Shown: one piece after another, positions 60,232 through 64,000 of the stretch
Position numbering within the stretch: the stretch's first letter is position 1
How the letters are laid out: each line of letters opens with the position of its first letter
NCBI GenBank assembly: GCA_025201805.1
Contig: MU619359.1
Span: 31,210-95,209 of the forward strand
Length of the DNA: 64,000 nucleotides
Reading direction: 5' to 3'
Origin: Parasitella parasitica NRRL 2501
Lineage: Eukaryota; Fungi; Mucoromycota
Notes under the pieces: generated by a model
Told to the model about the DNA's origin: nothing
Seen by the model: the letters and a program-made list of their open reading frames with translations, nothing else
Database searches by the model: none
Translations under genes and position numbers: made by a program

Positions 60232-62689
60232 GACAATATGTATATGTACAAATGGTTAAAAGTGATAATTATGCGTTACAATCTGGAGTGCAAAGAGGGG
60301 GAAAAAGAATGATGGTCTATGAATTGTTGTTTAAGAGAGGAGTGATGAAGGCAGCACAAAAGTCACACCTAATTTCAAAGGAGCATGCCTGTGGAAGCAA
60401 CCACCACGATCTCAGTTGTTTCTATTCTACTAGCGTATTTTAGAGAATTAACACACCATTAATAAAGACTCTTTATCCAACTAATTTTATCGTTAGTCGA
60501 TGTTTCTCTATCGAGCATCATAAATAGAACGATGTCGTATGGCATCCCTTTTTCTTACTCAGTATATATTTTCAAATTTGGTTGTTGGTACGTAATAATA
60601 ATGGCTATAAATATCATAAATGAATATCAAAGAGCAACCTTAAGAATTTGATTTGCCGTGCAAAGTATCAAATTTGCCATATAAAATATGTATACTTTTA
60701 GCTGGGCACATGTCGAAAAGGAGCGGCATACTAATTCCTGCTATCAAAACTAGTATTAAGATAAACATCAAAGTGGCTGTTATTTATCTTGAGCTTTAAG
60801 GCTACCTTTTGACACACAGAGTAATAATCAATTTGTATATGTATGAGTCCATGAATTCCAATTGATGAATTTGACAATTTTGAAAATGTTTGGTTCCCAA
60901 ATGCGAGTAGATTTCATCAGATTTAATCTTCATATAAATTTTCGTAGTTTTTACGTGAATTCGATAATATTTCAACCAACATGTATATACTTCTTGAAGT
61001 TGTGGATTGTGTGACAGGTATGAACATAGTTAGCAGTAATAATTTAATTAGGATTCTTCGTTTTACAGTAATGTGGAATAAACTTAAGATCTTACTGATT
61101 TAGCATTGTTTGGGCATTGTATTTGTTGTATCCGTCGTATGCCATGGCTACCGCCGTTGTTTCATGGTAATCGTTGCTGATCGGACCCAAGGTTAAATGT
61201 CATCAACCATTCTATACAGTAAATAGAAGTAATCAATAGAATGTCTTCTATAATCTAAACTGAGAAGCTAAGCTTATCGATGGATGATTCACATTCATAA
61301 TGTTTAGCTGATCAAATGAGGATAGGCTCGGCTCTGACTACTACTGTGTTAAAACCTTGTTTGACAAATGAATATCAAACATGATCTGATTGTATTCATA
61401 GATTGTTTCATGTAGATTAATTCTTGCTTCTTATCAATCAGTAAAATTATTAGTTTTGCATCTGGGCATCTTTACCCGTTTGTCATTTTTTTTTTATTGC
61501 GTCAGTTTTTTACCTGTGCTTTACCTAATCATTTTCGTTATTCTCTTCTTTTTTGCCCTTTATCCCTCTTTTATATCCCTTGCTATGTCGACCATCACAA
61601 AAGGAGGAGCGTTTTGTATGTTTTTTTACAAACTATATAATTAAAAAATGCAATCAGCTTAAGGTCCTTGAGAAGGAAAACTTAGAGATATGCTACACAG
61701 ACGACCTAAATAAACCCGTATTGGTGCTGCCAAAATACATCCATAAAAATACGCTAGAACCGACAGTGTCATTGTAGGCCTTTTTTTTCGAAAAAAAAAA
61801 AAAACAAACTTTTTCTCAAAATTTTGTGTAGTAAGGTGTACCAAATTAGATTGTCGCTCAACACCATATTGTGGAATCGGTATAAATTGTTATATGGATT
61901 CACGGAAAAAAATTAAGTAAAAAAACAATAAATATCAACTTTAAAAGTATAGGTTTTATTATCAAATCGACAGGTGTATTCATTTACTGGACAGTTAGAT
62001 AAGCCTTTACATACTTAAGTTATGGATAAACGTTCTACTCTCGCAATTTAACATGTACGATGATTCTGATTAATTAGCATCTTAGCTTTGTGCTAACCAA
62101 CATTTCAGCAGACTAAAGATAACTCTTATCTATCTGAGTAAGTAGATGGAGTTTACCCGAGGTATCCTGATCAATCTTCTATATGAAGATTATTAATATC
62201 GATCCATAAGCGTATATCATCTCTAGTATAGTCTTATTCAGTCTATATTAACTGTACATGTCTGAGTTTATATCACTTGGTATTCATCTTAATATATATC
62301 GGTAGATGTAGCATGTCTATAGCATTGCAGATATTGTAGGTTTGTTTAGTACATAATGTATCTGTAGCTAGTATCATGGATATAACTATATGCCTTGTAG
62401 TGCGTATCTAGAAACTGAGAATACACGCATCTGAAGCATAGATCTTATGTGGCTTAAGCTCGTAGCATATACTAAATCTAGTAAATGTCTAAGGCTCGTG
62501 TCGAGATATAAGTATCGGTCTATAGCGTCATCCATCCTAATGGAGCCATCTCTAGCCTATATCTTATATAGTGTAAAAAATTTGTATTCTACTTCTTATT
62601 ATCTGTGCGCATATGTAGTCTATATCAATTTAAGGTAACTGGATGAATCTAAAAGTGGAATGCATATCATCATAGTGAATGTAGTTCAC

Positions 62690-63630
62690 AGATATCAAAA
62701 TGAAAACATGGATACCAATGTTGTTGTAGCCAAATATAGTGACAAGTCAAGGCGAAGTTTTCCAAGTTATATCGCAGTTCTACGGTCATTTCAGCAAAAC
62801 AGTTATGCGCAAATACCCGATACTTATGATATAATATGTTGAAATATAAAAGTGCTGTTGCAGATTACTTTTGATAGAAACTGTTATATCAATAACATGG
62901 CAAGGTCTCACATCAGGATCTCAGATCAGTTCCAGCAGGGTTTTACAGTAAATCATGGGTAGTCATGATTTACATTATGCAGCTAGACAGTAGAACCCTA
63001 GTGTAATGAATGTGTATATAATACATCGAGAGATGTATTATGAATAAAAGTGTAATTCTTTAGCAGATTTATTTTATCAGACTTTTGACATAACAGAAAC
63101 ATCGCCCAGTGGACACTAGGTTATGCAATGTTTATTTTGCTAGCCTATCATCGATCATAAGCAATTCTGAAATGATAATTTGTAATATCATATAATAACT
63201 TTATAGATATCAATAAAAACATGGAAACTAATGTCGTGCCAGATAGCGCTAAGTCAACGCTAAGTTTTCCAACTTAGGTCTCGGTTCCATGATCATTTTA
63301 GCACAAGTTCTGAGCAATTATCTGATAGTTACAATAAATATTGAAAAATAGAACTCTTTTAGCCAATAACTTTTGATAGAGGCACTGCCCAGTGGAACCC
63401 AAGTTATGCTCATATAGCAATGATTATGCCTGATTTGATGGCCTATAAGACAGGCTCTGATTTGCTACTTATTGAAGGCTATATTGTCGATTATTTGCAA
63501 TTCTGATATATAAGTTTGTGATATCATCTGCTAACTTATAGATATCCATAAAAACATGGATCCCAATGTTGTTTCCAGATAACGCCAAGTTGATGCTAAA
63601 TTTTCCAAGTTAGATCTCGGTTCTACTGTC
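62690..63630. repeat. Three diverged tandem copies of a unit of about 330-510 bp
   Basis: AAAACATGGA..C.AATGT.GT...AAGT....GC.AA.TTTTCCAA.TTA..TC.C.GTTC recurs at about 62703, 63216 and 63550. CCCAGTGGA...GTTATGC recurs at 63105 and 63388. Confidence 0.85.
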
Positions 63631-64000
63631 ATAATCAAGCGCTGCTTACTGCTTTCCCATGAAGCTTAATTTAATAATCAAGATCAAGTTATTAAATTAG
63701 TAACTTGAATTCACTATATTTTACTTTACTATAAATAAGATGAAGTTCAAGGAGCTAACCAGAACTTCACTTACATTTTTTAACTTTAATAAACCAAGAA
63801 GAGTTATAATTGTATTTTTCCAAGCTTTTTTGAATTTTTATAGCACACCTGTCGATTTGATAATAAAACCTATACCTTTATCAAGTTGCACCATGGTTAA
63901 CTTCAGTGCTATTTTTTTTCACATTTATCATCAGTTCTAATGACCAGTGATTAGGTGTATTACTGAATGACTGGTGATAAATACGATAATCGCTTGTGAT

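Overview
AT-rich, intron-containing eukaryotic DNA. The gene content (CotH, WNK kinase, longin VAMP7, short GT-AG introns with CTAAC branch points) points to a Mucorales fungus such as Mucor or Parasitella (inferred). There are about 28 protein-coding genes, mostly housekeeping: Prx-Q, CAF40, WNK, PAM16, VAMP7, GH17, mS35, PMP3, ATP17, RTC4-like, Ras, UTP7, SDH2, FAM214/DUF4210, PTC1, VAM7, TBP, SLC35F and SIN1. Between them lie decayed mobile-element relics (Tc1/IS630, Ty3/gypsy with solo-LTR-like repeats, LINE, Helitron) and two N gaps. The most unusual observations are: (i) a tightly packed, co-oriented GNAT-GNAT-carotenoid-oxygenase trio whose oxygenase has lost two of four iron-binding His; (ii) a 2.3-kb segment bounded by near-perfect 226-bp inverted repeats, carrying a PD-(D/E)XK-like nuclease relic plus LINE and Helitron fragments, followed by a 20-bp minisatellite; (iii) a long TBP intron with an in-frame 63-nt cryptic exon whose 5' end sits in a predicted stem; (iv) an Arf-like GTPase with degenerate G3/G4 fused to an uncharacterised domain; (v) a multi-exon 7TM GPCR-like gene that the ORF track only shows as fragments; (vi) Ras and UTP7 stop codons 3 nt apart; (vii) three GC-AG introns. 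Exon structures were read by eye and no database searches were run.
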